This document shows, piece by piece, positions 22,102 through 30,797 of a stretch of DNA of 44,977 nucleotides (within the stretch, counting starts at the first letter, position 1; each line of letters begins with the position of its first letter). The notes under the pieces are model-generated. The model searched no databases and had not been told where the DNA came from. It saw only the letters and a program-made list of their open reading frames with translations. The DNA is taken from the IMG/VR virus record IMGVR_UViG_3300020047_005892. One strand, written 5' to 3'. Origin of the DNA: a virus. The position numbers were made by a program, and so were the translations under genes.

Positions 22102-23103
22102 ATGTCGACACTAGGCACAAATGTTTTAACCATGCAGGATTGGGCTAAACGCCAAGATCCGAACATGTCTCAGGCTCGCATCATTGAGTTGCTTTCGCAA
22201 ACCAATGAAGTTATCGCTGATATGCTCTGGAAGGAAGGCAATCTTCCTACCGGACACCGCACCACCGTTCGCACGGGTCTTCCTACCGCTGCGTGGCGTT
22301 TGCTGAATCAAGGTACCCAGCCGTCGAAAAGCACCACCGCTCAAATCGACGAAGCGATCGGTATTCTTGAATCGTGGTCGGAAGTTGACGTTGAGTTGGC
22401 GAAGCTGAATGGAAATAGCGCGGAATTCCGTTTCTCTGAAGCGCAGGCGTTCATTGAATCCATGAATCAAGAAATGGTTCAAACCTTGTTCTACGGAAAT
22501 TCTGGTACGTCTCCGGAAGAATTCACGGGTCTTGCGATTCGTTATTCTTCGCTGTCTGCGACGAACGGATCGAACATCATCACAGGTTCGGGTGCTGGTT
22601 CGGACAATTCTTCGATCTGGCTTGTTTGCTGGGGCGAGAATACCGTTCACGGTATTTATCCCAAAGGTTCTGCGATGGGTCTTCAGCATTTTGATCATGG
22701 AGAAGAAACCGCTGAAACCACGGCTGCTATTGCTGGTACTCGTTTGCGAGTGTTCCGTGACCAGTGGCAATGGAAATGTGGCGTTGCGCTTCGTGACTGG
22801 CGTTATGTTGTTCGTATCCCGAACATCGACATCAGCAACTTGGTTGGAAAAACTTCGGCTGCCGATCTCATCGAATTGATGATTAAGGCTATCCATCGCT
22901 TGCCTTCTGTTACTGCTGGAAAATGCGCGTTCTACATGAACCGCTCTGTCATGCAAATGCTTGACATCCAACGCCGTGACGATGTTATCAGCGGTGGCCA
23001 ATTGTCGTATGACGTGGTTGACGGTAAAATGCAATACACGTTCCGTGGGATCCCGATTCGGAAAGTCGATCAGTTGCTCGAAACCGAAGCGACCGTCTCG
23101 TAA
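22102..23103 (+). CDS. Major capsid protein (HK97-fold family)
   Basis: 333 aa with RBS AAGGAG. The N-terminal pattern LTMQDWAKRQDP...TGLPTAAWRLLNQGTQPSKS recurs in BPP-1-like capsid proteins. Its position also fits. Confidence 0.8.
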   Translation: MSTLGTNVLTMQDWAKRQDPNMSQARIIELLSQTNEVIADMLWKEGNLPTGHRTTVRTGLPTAAWRLLNQGTQPSKSTTAQIDEAIGILESWSEVDVELAKLNGNSAEFRFSEAQAFIESMNQEMVQTLFYGNSGTSPEEFTGLAIRYSSLSATNGSNIITGSGAGSDNSSIWLVCWGENTVHGIYPKGSAMGLQHFDHGEETAETTAAIAGTRLRVFRDQWQWKCGVALRDWRYVVRIPNIDISNLVGKTSAADLIELMIKAIHRLPSVTAGKCAFYMNRSVMQMLDIQRRDDVISGGQLSYDVVDGKMQYTFRGIPIRKVDQLLETEATVS

Positions 23104-23120
23104 TATAAAGGAGAAACACT

Positions 23121-23555
23121 ATGTACGTTGATGCTCAAAACTTATTCTCAGATGCACAGGCTATTACGGCTGCGGCGGGATCGGACAACACGATTGATCT
23201 CGGAGCGGTTCGTGACATCGGAACTGGCGAAAATCTGTACCTGGTCGTTTCGGTTGACGTTGCATTTACCGACGCGAGCTCAGATAGCACGCTGACCGTT
23301 GCAATCGAAGGCGACAGCACCACCACGTTTACTCCGGATGGAACCGAAACTGCGTTCACCATCCCGGCGTTGGCTGCGGCTGGGAACCTGTACTTCTATC
23401 GTTTGAATCCGGGTTCTACTCCGTTGGCTTACCGTTACATTCGTCTGAAGTACACGCCGAATAATGGTAACTTGTCAACCGGATCGTTGACCGCGTTCCT
23501 TACGCATGACATCCAAAAGTACACGTCCTATGCGAAAGGGTATACGATCTCTTAA
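23121..23555 (+). CDS. Bbp16-like capsid cement/decoration protein
   Basis: 144 aa. MYVDAQNLFSDAQAITAAAGSDNTIDLGAVRDIGTGENLYLVV matches my recollection of the Bbp16 N-terminal signature. It lies directly after the MCP gene. Confidence 0.6.
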   Translation: MYVDAQNLFSDAQAITAAAGSDNTIDLGAVRDIGTGENLYLVVSVDVAFTDASSDSTLTVAIEGDSTTTFTPDGTETAFTIPALAAAGNLYFYRLNPGSTPLAYRYIRLKYTPNNGNLSTGSLTAFLTHDIQKYTSYAKGYTIS

Positions 23556-23566
23556 GGAGATAGAGT

Positions 23567-23821
23567 ATGCGAGTTAAAGCAACCCGATTAGGCTGGGATG
23601 GTTTCAAGCGTCGCTATGAAGGCGACGAATTTGAAATCAACGATTCCAAGTACGTCGATGGCGACAAGATTCCTAAAGGCAAAATCGTTGGAGATGTTAA
23701 AGCGTTTTCGCCGTCATGGATGGAAGTAGTCATCGAAGAAGAAATCGTGCGTCCCGAGCCAAAAAAATCGAAAACGTATCGTTCCTCGAAAGTCGAGAGA
23801 ATTGATACGGAAGTGCTGTAA
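23567..23821 (+). CDS. Hypothetical protein
   Basis: 84-aa ORF with RBS AAGGAG. Confidence 0.6.
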   Translation: MRVKATRLGWDGFKRRYEGDEFEINDSKYVDGDKIPKGKIVGDVKAFSPSWMEVVIEEEIVRPEPKKSKTYRSSKVERIDTEVL

Positions 23822-23829
23822 AAAGAATA

Positions 23830-23870
23830 GCGGGCCGGGGGAATAGAACTCCGGCCCGCATTCTCTTCTC
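23830..23870 (+). terminator. Rho-independent terminator after the head module
   Basis: A perfect 9-bp GC-rich stem GCGGGCCGG (23830-23838) / CCGGCCCGC (23851-23859) is followed by the T-rich tract ATTCTCTTCTC. Confidence 0.7.
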
Positions 23871-23880
23871 GGAGGCGGTT

Positions 23881-24270
23881 ATGAAGAAGTTCCTTTTTGT
23901 CCCATTTTTGTTTTTAGGCGGATACATTTTTGCGGCAACGCCTGTCGCTATTTACCCTGGACTACCAGAATCAAATTATGCCGTAACGCATTCGACGGTG
24001 GCGATTTCATCTACGACAGTTTCTACTGATGCGGCTGTATATGGATACCGGGCGGTTTATTTGGCGAATCTAAGTTCTGCTTCGACAATATATTATTCGA
24101 TGGACGGTACCACTACTACTCTGACAACTGTTGGTTGGCCTATCTATCCACGAACTCCAGGATTTCCTGTCCGAGTCGAAAAGATTGAGTACAACGGAGT
24201 TATAAGTTATCGGCTTGGTGCGGGTTCTGTTGGTTCGATTGACGTGACGAAAAAGATTATTCGGAAATAA
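23881..24270 (+). CDS. Secreted-type small protein (N-terminal Sec signal peptide)
   Basis: MKKFLFVPFLFLGGYIFA-ATPV has the n/h/c-region architecture of a signal peptide. The RBS is GGAGG. Confidence 0.65.
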   Translation: MKKFLFVPFLFLGGYIFAATPVAIYPGLPESNYAVTHSTVAISSTTVSTDAAVYGYRAVYLANLSSASTIYYSMDGTTTTLTTVGWPIYPRTPGFPVRVEKIEYNGVISYRLGAGSVGSIDVTKKIIRK

Positions 24271-24279
24271 AAGGAAAGC

Positions 24280-26319
24280 GTGAAGCTCCTTAAGCTAACC
24301 CTGGCGATATTTATTTTCAACGCAGGAGAAATTTGTTTTGCGGATAGTATTGCGGGCCCAGCGGGAACGTATATTTCACGAATACAAAACGAAGGATCTA
24401 CGGTAACGCGCCGTAATACCTTGAATTTTACTGGCGCTGGCGTTGATTGCGTTGACAATTCTGGACAGAAAAGAACGGATTGCACCATAACTGGCGGTGG
24501 TGGAGGCTCTTCAAGCCTTTCCGTTGAGAATGATAGCGTTCAGGTATCAAGCCCTACCGCAGTTCTTAACTTCAGCACTGATTTTACAGTAACAGAATCA
24601 CCAGCCGGGCAGTCCAATGTTTCATTAACGATACCAGGCGGAGGCGGTGGAGCCGCCGTCAACGTCTCCCCCAACAGTGTCCTCTATAGTACAGGCGGGA
24701 CTACGATCAGTGGAGATACGGGGTTCCAGTACGACAGCTCGGTTAGCAGCGTATCTATTGCGGGTTCAATCAAAGCTGGGACTTCTTCTTCTCCTTCAAT
24801 AAAATTTGATGTTGCAGGGTCAGATCCAAGACTTATTCTTAGAGATTCTCCCAGTTCTCCTGGTTGGAGTGTCGAGTACGAAAATTTTTCTGGTGAAAAA
24901 CTTGGAGAGGAAGGACTTAATTCCTCCGCATGGCAGGTAACATTAACTTCCACATCATTGACTTCGGATTTGCAGGGAAGGTTCAGTGTTGAAAGAACAA
25001 CAGGAACTTCCACTTTTTACAACCTGAATGGAATTAAAACAGCCCTGATTGGATCAACCCCATTAGATTGTTCTAGTTACTCCAACAGTGGGAAAATAAC
25101 AGCAAATTCATCAAACGAACTTGTTTGTATGGATGATACATCTGGCGGTGGCGGCTCCTCAATCTACAATGCGACATCAACAGTTGGGATGCCGCTTGGC
25201 GCTTCGATTTCAACGATAACAGCTACATCCACGGCGACGTTTAGCTCCACTTCGGACGCTGGGCCAACACTTAGGCTTGGGGCTGGATCGAACGGATTCT
25301 CATTCGATTCTTCAAACAATTTCTATTTATGGAGAGGCGGGACAAACAAGCTGCTTTTAACTTCCGCCAATATGTATCTGTATAGTTCCGCGCTTGAGGT
25401 AAACATGCAAAGCAGCTCTGTGCAACATGGTTACACATCTAGGTCGGAGCCGCCATTCGGGACGTACCAGACCGAGCAGGCGGGTAGTCGGCAGTTTGTT
25501 TACGATTCTATCGGAGCGAACTCGTGGGGATCGTTCAATGCACTGAGCGTTTCAACTTCAAACACAAACAACGTGTTTTATTCGATTGGCCGTGGCGATC
25601 TTACGCAGCCATTTAATACGAACGCAACCAGCTACTTCACTGTGAACGTGTCAACTAACGATAATGTTGCTGGTAATGTTGGGATTGGTGTCTCGTCACC
25701 GTCATATAGGCTTCACGTTTCTTCTTATATTAAAAGTGATCTGGGGTATGTGTTCCCAGACGGAACCATTCAAGTAACTGCTGCAACTGGTGGTTCCTCA
25801 TATACGACCAAAGTTGAGAAGTTCACCGCTGGTGCTGGATTTTGCACGGAAACTTTTGGCTGCGATTCCCCATCTCAATATCAAAGCCTGGTTTCAAGCA
25901 TCAACTATATGGCTGCAAATTTTGTCGATAGCGCTACCAATTACTGGCATATTCAAGCATCCCTTCCCAGTGATACGGGTGGACCGATCTACGACGGCGG
26001 AACCGTGGCGTTCCAGGTGGTTTGGACGTCCACTCAAACGACCGGAACCGCTTCATGGAAGGCGCGAGCCAGGTATATCTGTGACGATGGAGCCATCGAC
26101 CAGGCATTTGGAACAGCCATTGAGGTTACAGATGACTCCACGGCAAACCAGGACTGGCAGTATTCGGCTTATTCGTCTGCGATGACTCCCGCTGGAACCT
26201 ATGCGGCAGGGTGCGATCTGGCATTAGAGCTATCACGCGATCCGTTTGATTCTGATGACGACTTAAACGCCTCCGCTCGATTCCTTAAAATTCACCTTAA
26301 ATATGGTCTTACTCCATGA
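24280..26319 (+). CDS. Large signal-peptide protein with poly-Gly linkers; candidate fibre or adhesin
   Basis: 679 aa, GTG start. The N-terminus is MKLLKLTLAIFIFNAGEICFA-DSIAG. Repeated modules read ...LNF[TS]...[TI]-GGGGG. Confidence 0.7.
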   Translation: MKLLKLTLAIFIFNAGEICFADSIAGPAGTYISRIQNEGSTVTRRNTLNFTGAGVDCVDNSGQKRTDCTITGGGGGSSSLSVENDSVQVSSPTAVLNFSTDFTVTESPAGQSNVSLTIPGGGGGAAVNVSPNSVLYSTGGTTISGDTGFQYDSSVSSVSIAGSIKAGTSSSPSIKFDVAGSDPRLILRDSPSSPGWSVEYENFSGEKLGEEGLNSSAWQVTLTSTSLTSDLQGRFSVERTTGTSTFYNLNGIKTALIGSTPLDCSSYSNSGKITANSSNELVCMDDTSGGGGSSIYNATSTVGMPLGASISTITATSTATFSSTSDAGPTLRLGAGSNGFSFDSSNNFYLWRGGTNKLLLTSANMYLYSSALEVNMQSSSVQHGYTSRSEPPFGTYQTEQAGSRQFVYDSIGANSWGSFNALSVSTSNTNNVFYSIGRGDLTQPFNTNATSYFTVNVSTNDNVAGNVGIGVSSPSYRLHVSSYIKSDLGYVFPDGTIQVTAATGGSSYTTKVEKFTAGAGFCTETFGCDSPSQYQSLVSSINYMAANFVDSATNYWHIQASLPSDTGGPIYDGGTVAFQVVWTSTQTTGTASWKARARYICDDGAIDQAFGTAIEVTDDSTANQDWQYSAYSSAMTPAGTYAAGCDLALELSRDPFDSDDDLNASARFLKIHLKYGLTP

Positions 26320-26669
26320 GGTATTTGATCGTGGCAGCCATTTTTTTTATCCCATCATTCTCGCATGGAGCTTGCAATGGTTTAACCAACCAGCAGTACG
26401 CTGTTGAAGTGGCAAAGATTATGAATGTGGATCTTTTAACGGTGGACGTGGAGGATGCAAAAACAGTTCCTTACTTGAGGATCATAATCCGAAAAATAAT
26501 CAAATACAGAAAAGCGGGTGGTGGACCAGGATCAACTGAAGATGTGGCATCGCGTTGTTTTGCTGAGGACATTTACAAAAACTTAACAGGCGTGAGCATT
26601 TCCCGCCAACATAACAACTGGATTCAGAACCATTTGATTGAAAATTATTATCAAGGTGAACAATTTTGA
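26316..26669 (+). CDS. Signal-peptide small protein
   Basis: N-terminus MRYLIVAAIFFIPSFSHG-ACNG. The start forms an ATGA overlap. Confidence 0.6.
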   Translation: MRYLIVAAIFFIPSFSHGACNGLTNQQYAVEVAKIMNVDLLTVDVEDAKTVPYLRIIIRKIIKYRKAGGGPGSTEDVASRCFAEDIYKNLTGVSISRQHNNWIQNHLIENYYQGEQF

Positions 26670-27778
26670 AGAAAATATTCTCCTTTCTTTTCATCATGAT
26701 TGCGATCCCGTTAATGGGCGGAATGATTAACCTTCCAGTTAATCAATACTACCCTGGAGATGTGGTCTACTGGATAACCACAAATGTTGTCAGCCTCGGA
26801 ACAATAGATGCAATTGATGAAAAAGTTGGCCAGGTTGTTTCTATCCGTCACCCAAAACCTATACGTGGTATAGTTACCCAAACTCAGACCATAACCACTG
26901 GTGGGACATTGCGGTACTCAATCGAGACCATTGGCCCCACTGGCGTACCTACTGGGAATTTATATTGTGCAAATTCCAGTGGAACGATTGTTATTGCATC
27001 CGCTGACGACAACATCAAATTGGCATCGAATGACATGGTCCTCGATTGTGATATTTCAACAGCAGCAATAGTGGCGGTTGTTTTTACACATCTCGGAGAT
27101 TCGTTCGCCGGGGCCCCAATTGCAGCTGGCACCAGTATGTCCACGGATTTTGTTTATACAGTTTCCTCGAATAGCACATCTGGATATACGAAAGGCACAG
27201 CCGGGCCTGAACTATTTTTACTCAAACATAATGACGGGACGCACTCGGCACTTTCTCAATTTGCATTTTCAAACGCGTATTCCGCTATTACCTACAACAA
27301 CACATCCACAAGCAAAGAGATTGGCCAAGTATTTCTAAACATGCCATTTTCGGGAATACTGGACAGTGTCGCAATCAATTTCGATGTGGACTCCAATGCA
27401 AATATCAACGTATGGAAAAACAAGACAATTTTCGAATCCATATCAATCAGTTCATCGACCGACGCAGATATCACAGCGGGTTACTATCGTTACCGGCTGC
27501 GATCAGAAATGCCATTTTTTAGGGGGGACGACTTAATGGTTACCGTTGCCCCACAGACATCAACAAACCTGACCATTTACAACACGCAAATCTACAGCGG
27601 ATCAACAATGATTCAGACAGCTTTGTATGGGGATCGAGTCTATTATTCATCATCTTCAACTCTTGGTGGAACTTGGGATCAGTTCCAGACAGATAACACT
27701 AAGAAATGTTTTATTAATTTGGGTTTAAGTGGAATTGATTATGGGTCATACGGTGGATCTTCAGGAGTGAGTCAATGA
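26666..27778 (+). CDS. Signal-peptide/N-terminal anchor protein, Ser/Thr-rich
   Basis: 370 aa with a TTGA overlap start. The N-terminus is MKKIFSFLFIMIAIPLMGG. Confidence 0.65.
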   Translation: MKKIFSFLFIMIAIPLMGGMINLPVNQYYPGDVVYWITTNVVSLGTIDAIDEKVGQVVSIRHPKPIRGIVTQTQTITTGGTLRYSIETIGPTGVPTGNLYCANSSGTIVIASADDNIKLASNDMVLDCDISTAAIVAVVFTHLGDSFAGAPIAAGTSMSTDFVYTVSSNSTSGYTKGTAGPELFLLKHNDGTHSALSQFAFSNAYSAITYNNTSTSKEIGQVFLNMPFSGILDSVAINFDVDSNANINVWKNKTIFESISISSSTDADITAGYYRYRLRSEMPFFRGDDLMVTVAPQTSTNLTIYNTQIYSGSTMIQTALYGDRVYYSSSSTLGGTWDQFQTDNTKKCFINLGLSGIDYGSYGGSSGVSQ

Positions 27779-29868
27779 AGAAGCTAATTTTATGCGTCGG
27801 ACTTATCTTCTTGGCCTCACCCGCCTGGTCAGCCGCTATGACTACAACTCGAGCTGGCGATTGGTCAAACATAGATCCCGGTGTCACACCTTGGACCGCA
27901 TTGACGGGTTCGGGCACCGATGGACTACCCGGAACCAGCGATACGGTTACGCTCAGCCATGCGGTGACGGTATCATCAACTCAAGTTGTCGGGACGAGCC
28001 CGGCCACCAGCGTTGCGGTTATCACAATCAACAACAACGGAACATCAACAAACGGAAGCCTGACTATACAGGAAAACGGGGTGTTGTCTGTCAGGGGCCA
28101 AATCACTACCAGCGGCAGCGCCGGAGCAACAACTTATATTCGCATTGAAGCTGGCGGTGAATTAAGGATGGATTCAACGCAAGCTACGGCGCAAGTTAGA
28201 TACCAGATAAGACTAGGTGGAATCCACGACTATATTACGCTGGTCGGAACATCAACTCATGGCCGAGCTTACCTATCAAATGTGATTGATACGATGCCGA
28301 ACGCAGGCGGAGCAACATCTTTAGGAGCGCAGATAAATGGACCGTCATTTGCCGGAATTGTCAAAAACAGAATTGTTAGTAGATATGGAACTATAACCGG
28401 TTTCGGCGGTACCGGAACTTCATATGCTAGCTATGGCGCGACATTCCCCGATTTTGAGGACACTATCATAAGCACTTGCGGTACTTTTTACAGCGCAGGG
28501 ACATTTTACGGCGATAGCGTCATCAGATACCTGCGTTGCAAATTCATTAACTCGGTCGAATCAAACATCATTATTCGCACAAGCAATGTTTTAAACACGA
28601 CCGGAGAAAGATCAATAACGTATTCTGTTTTCGATAGGGGGATTGGATGGTCGGCATCAGACATTACAGCAAACAATAACATCATTAGCGGATATCCCGC
28701 TTCGTCCGGTGTTGTTCAAACAACCGGGCTTGGTCTTATTTCGGATTCGTTGCTGATTTTGCCATTTGCCAATTCCGGGTCTGAGGTCAATAATCGCTAC
28801 GACAACGTGTACATCCTTGGCATTGGGAACGCGACAAACGCTAGATTTGCAGCAACCGGCTCAACCTACGGAGACCCTGACTCAAGTACGCCGTTATTCA
28901 ATAACCTTATTTTTGATTACCCCGACACGTCGAGTGTTGATTTGGGTGGGTGGACTGGCTCAGACTGGGGTGACCACGGTGATCTGATTCAGACGCCATC
29001 TTCGAATCCAGCATCTCCCATAACTTCCTCTCTGTGGAATTCTATTGCATTGAAAACATACGCCGGTAACGCTGCGGATGGTTATCTGTCTCGTGGATAC
29101 GGCCCTGGCGCAGCATTTACTGGGCGTGGTTACGCCAACACAATAATGAAAATGCGGGATTGCACCTGGTACAACAACGATGGGGGCGCAACGCTGGGAT
29201 CGCATGGCGGTATTAACGTCGCCGAGGCAGCCTCGTCTCCGGTTGGTGTTGTTCCGGAGTTTTACAACAACATTTTGTACAGCACCCGCACGTCTGGTGT
29301 TCCGGCATTGAAATCCCCCGCAACATTAACAGATCCGTACACCCCCTCAGGTGTACACCACAACGCGGCGTGGAACATGATCCTACACAATCAACCCGGG
29401 TCGAGTTCCGACGACACCATTTATTATGGGACGACAGTGGGAACCATTGGGACCGGGGACCTTATTAGCGTCGATCCTCAATTTGTTGATGATGAGCGAT
29501 CCTTCGTTAAATGGGTTCGTGTTCTTCGTGGGGATATAGGAACTGGCGCCTGGTCAGCAGGGAAACGAGCGGACGAAACGTACACGGACGCCGAAACAAT
29601 CATTTTTGGGCTAGCTGAAATGCGGAAAGTTTTAGATGAGGATTTTGACTCTCGCTACACCCAAGCGGCATTAAAAGAGTACGTTCGAGAGGGATTCAGG
29701 CCAACAAACTCAGCGTACAATGGAACAGGATCCGCCGGTGATACGATTGGAGCGGTGGAGTATACTTCTGGCGGTGGTGGTGAAGGTGGAGGATCTTTCT
29801 TAGATGAAAATTTTTACTTCTCTGACTGCGACTCAGTTGACTGCGATGAGTATGTCGATCAAAATTAG
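27775..29868 (+). CDS. Signal-peptide protein, probable right-handed beta-helix (pectate-lyase-like) fold; candidate depolymerase or receptor-binding protein
   Basis: 697 aa. The N-terminus is MKKLILCVGLIFLASPAWSA-AMTTT. The composition is Gly/Ser/Thr/Asn-rich and repetitive. The fold assignment is inference. Confidence 0.65.
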   Translation: MKKLILCVGLIFLASPAWSAAMTTTRAGDWSNIDPGVTPWTALTGSGTDGLPGTSDTVTLSHAVTVSSTQVVGTSPATSVAVITINNNGTSTNGSLTIQENGVLSVRGQITTSGSAGATTYIRIEAGGELRMDSTQATAQVRYQIRLGGIHDYITLVGTSTHGRAYLSNVIDTMPNAGGATSLGAQINGPSFAGIVKNRIVSRYGTITGFGGTGTSYASYGATFPDFEDTIISTCGTFYSAGTFYGDSVIRYLRCKFINSVESNIIIRTSNVLNTTGERSITYSVFDRGIGWSASDITANNNIISGYPASSGVVQTTGLGLISDSLLILPFANSGSEVNNRYDNVYILGIGNATNARFAATGSTYGDPDSSTPLFNNLIFDYPDTSSVDLGGWTGSDWGDHGDLIQTPSSNPASPITSSLWNSIALKTYAGNAADGYLSRGYGPGAAFTGRGYANTIMKMRDCTWYNNDGGATLGSHGGINVAEAASSPVGVVPEFYNNILYSTRTSGVPALKSPATLTDPYTPSGVHHNAAWNMILHNQPGSSSDDTIYYGTTVGTIGTGDLISVDPQFVDDERSFVKWVRVLRGDIGTGAWSAGKRADETYTDAETIIFGLAEMRKVLDEDFDSRYTQAALKEYVREGFRPTNSAYNGTGSAGDTIGAVEYTSGGGGEGGGSFLDENFYFSDCDSVDCDEYVDQN

Positions 29869-29885
29869 AAGTTAACGAGGATTGA

Positions 29886-30797
29886 ATGGCAAATAAATTA
29901 AAGTTTTCTGGTCAAACTGGTCTGGCGGCCCGCGCTGTCATTACCGACAGAACGAACGACGATGTGTGGGACGGATCAGATCTTGTAACTTACGTTGATG
30001 CTGATTTCGATGATTACAAAATAACGCTTACCGAACTTGGACATGGGAATTACAGTGCGTCCATGCCTTCCGCGCTACCGGCTGGGCGATACCATATTGC
30101 GTACTACGACAACGACAACGATTCGGATTCAATTTTTCAGTCGCTTGTCGATTGGGACGGAACGGATCTAGTCGAAGAGCTTGAAACTGGTTCAACGTCC
30201 GTGACGGATATTTGCAACATGGCGTTGTCGCACCTGGGGATTGGTAAAGAATTGGCGAACATGGAAACCGATACTGGGGAGAACGCTTCAGCGTGTAGAC
30301 GTTTTTACGAGAATTGCCGAGACAACATGCTGTCTGATTTTCCTTGGCCGTTCGCTACGGTTACGACCGACTTGGGGCTTGTTGAAGAAGATCCAAATGA
30401 CGAATGGTCTTTTTCGTATCGGTACCCGTCAAATTCTTTGATGCTTAAGCGCATATTCAGCGGCACGCGCAACGACACTATCCAATCTCGCGTTCCGTAT
30501 CGAATTACTCGCGACGCTACGGGCCTGTTGATTTTCACGGACTGGGAAGACGCGACGATGGAATACACTTTCAAGGAAACAGATCCGGGCCGATTCCCCC
30601 CTGATTTTATTATGGCTTTGTCGGCGTTGCTGGCATTTACCATTGCTCCACGTATCGCAAAGGGCGATCCGTTTAAACTCGGAGATAGGGCATACAATAT
30701 ATATCAGGTTAAACTTGCTGAAGCTAAGGCAAGCGCTGCAAATGAAGAAGTGCCGGATCAGACACCTGAATCGGAATTCATTCGGGAGCGTGCGTGA
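29886..30797 (+). CDS. Tail tubular protein A-like (adaptor/gatekeeper, T7 gp11-like) with an N-terminal extra domain
   Basis: 303 aa. ICNMALSHLGIGKELANMETDTGENASACRRFYENCRDNMLSDFPWPFA matches the gp11-like signature. It lies upstream of the nozzle gene. Confidence 0.6.
   Translation: MANKLKFSGQTGLAARAVITDRTNDDVWDGSDLVTYVDADFDDYKITLTELGHGNYSASMPSALPAGRYHIAYYDNDNDSDSIFQSLVDWDGTDLVEELETGSTSVTDICNMALSHLGIGKELANMETDTGENASACRRFYENCRDNMLSDFPWPFATVTTDLGLVEEDPNDEWSFSYRYPSNSLMLKRIFSGTRNDTIQSRVPYRITRDATGLLIFTDWEDATMEYTFKETDPGRFPPDFIMALSALLAFTIAPRIAKGDPFKLGDRAYNIYQVKLAEAKASAANEEVPDQTPESEFIRERA

Noticed and set aside
22126-23034. 302-aa ORF antisense to the major capsid gene.
   Set aside because: It is fully embedded antisense in a well-supported gene. 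Its composition is Arg-rich and low in complexity, and it has no RBS. This is a typical shadow ORF.
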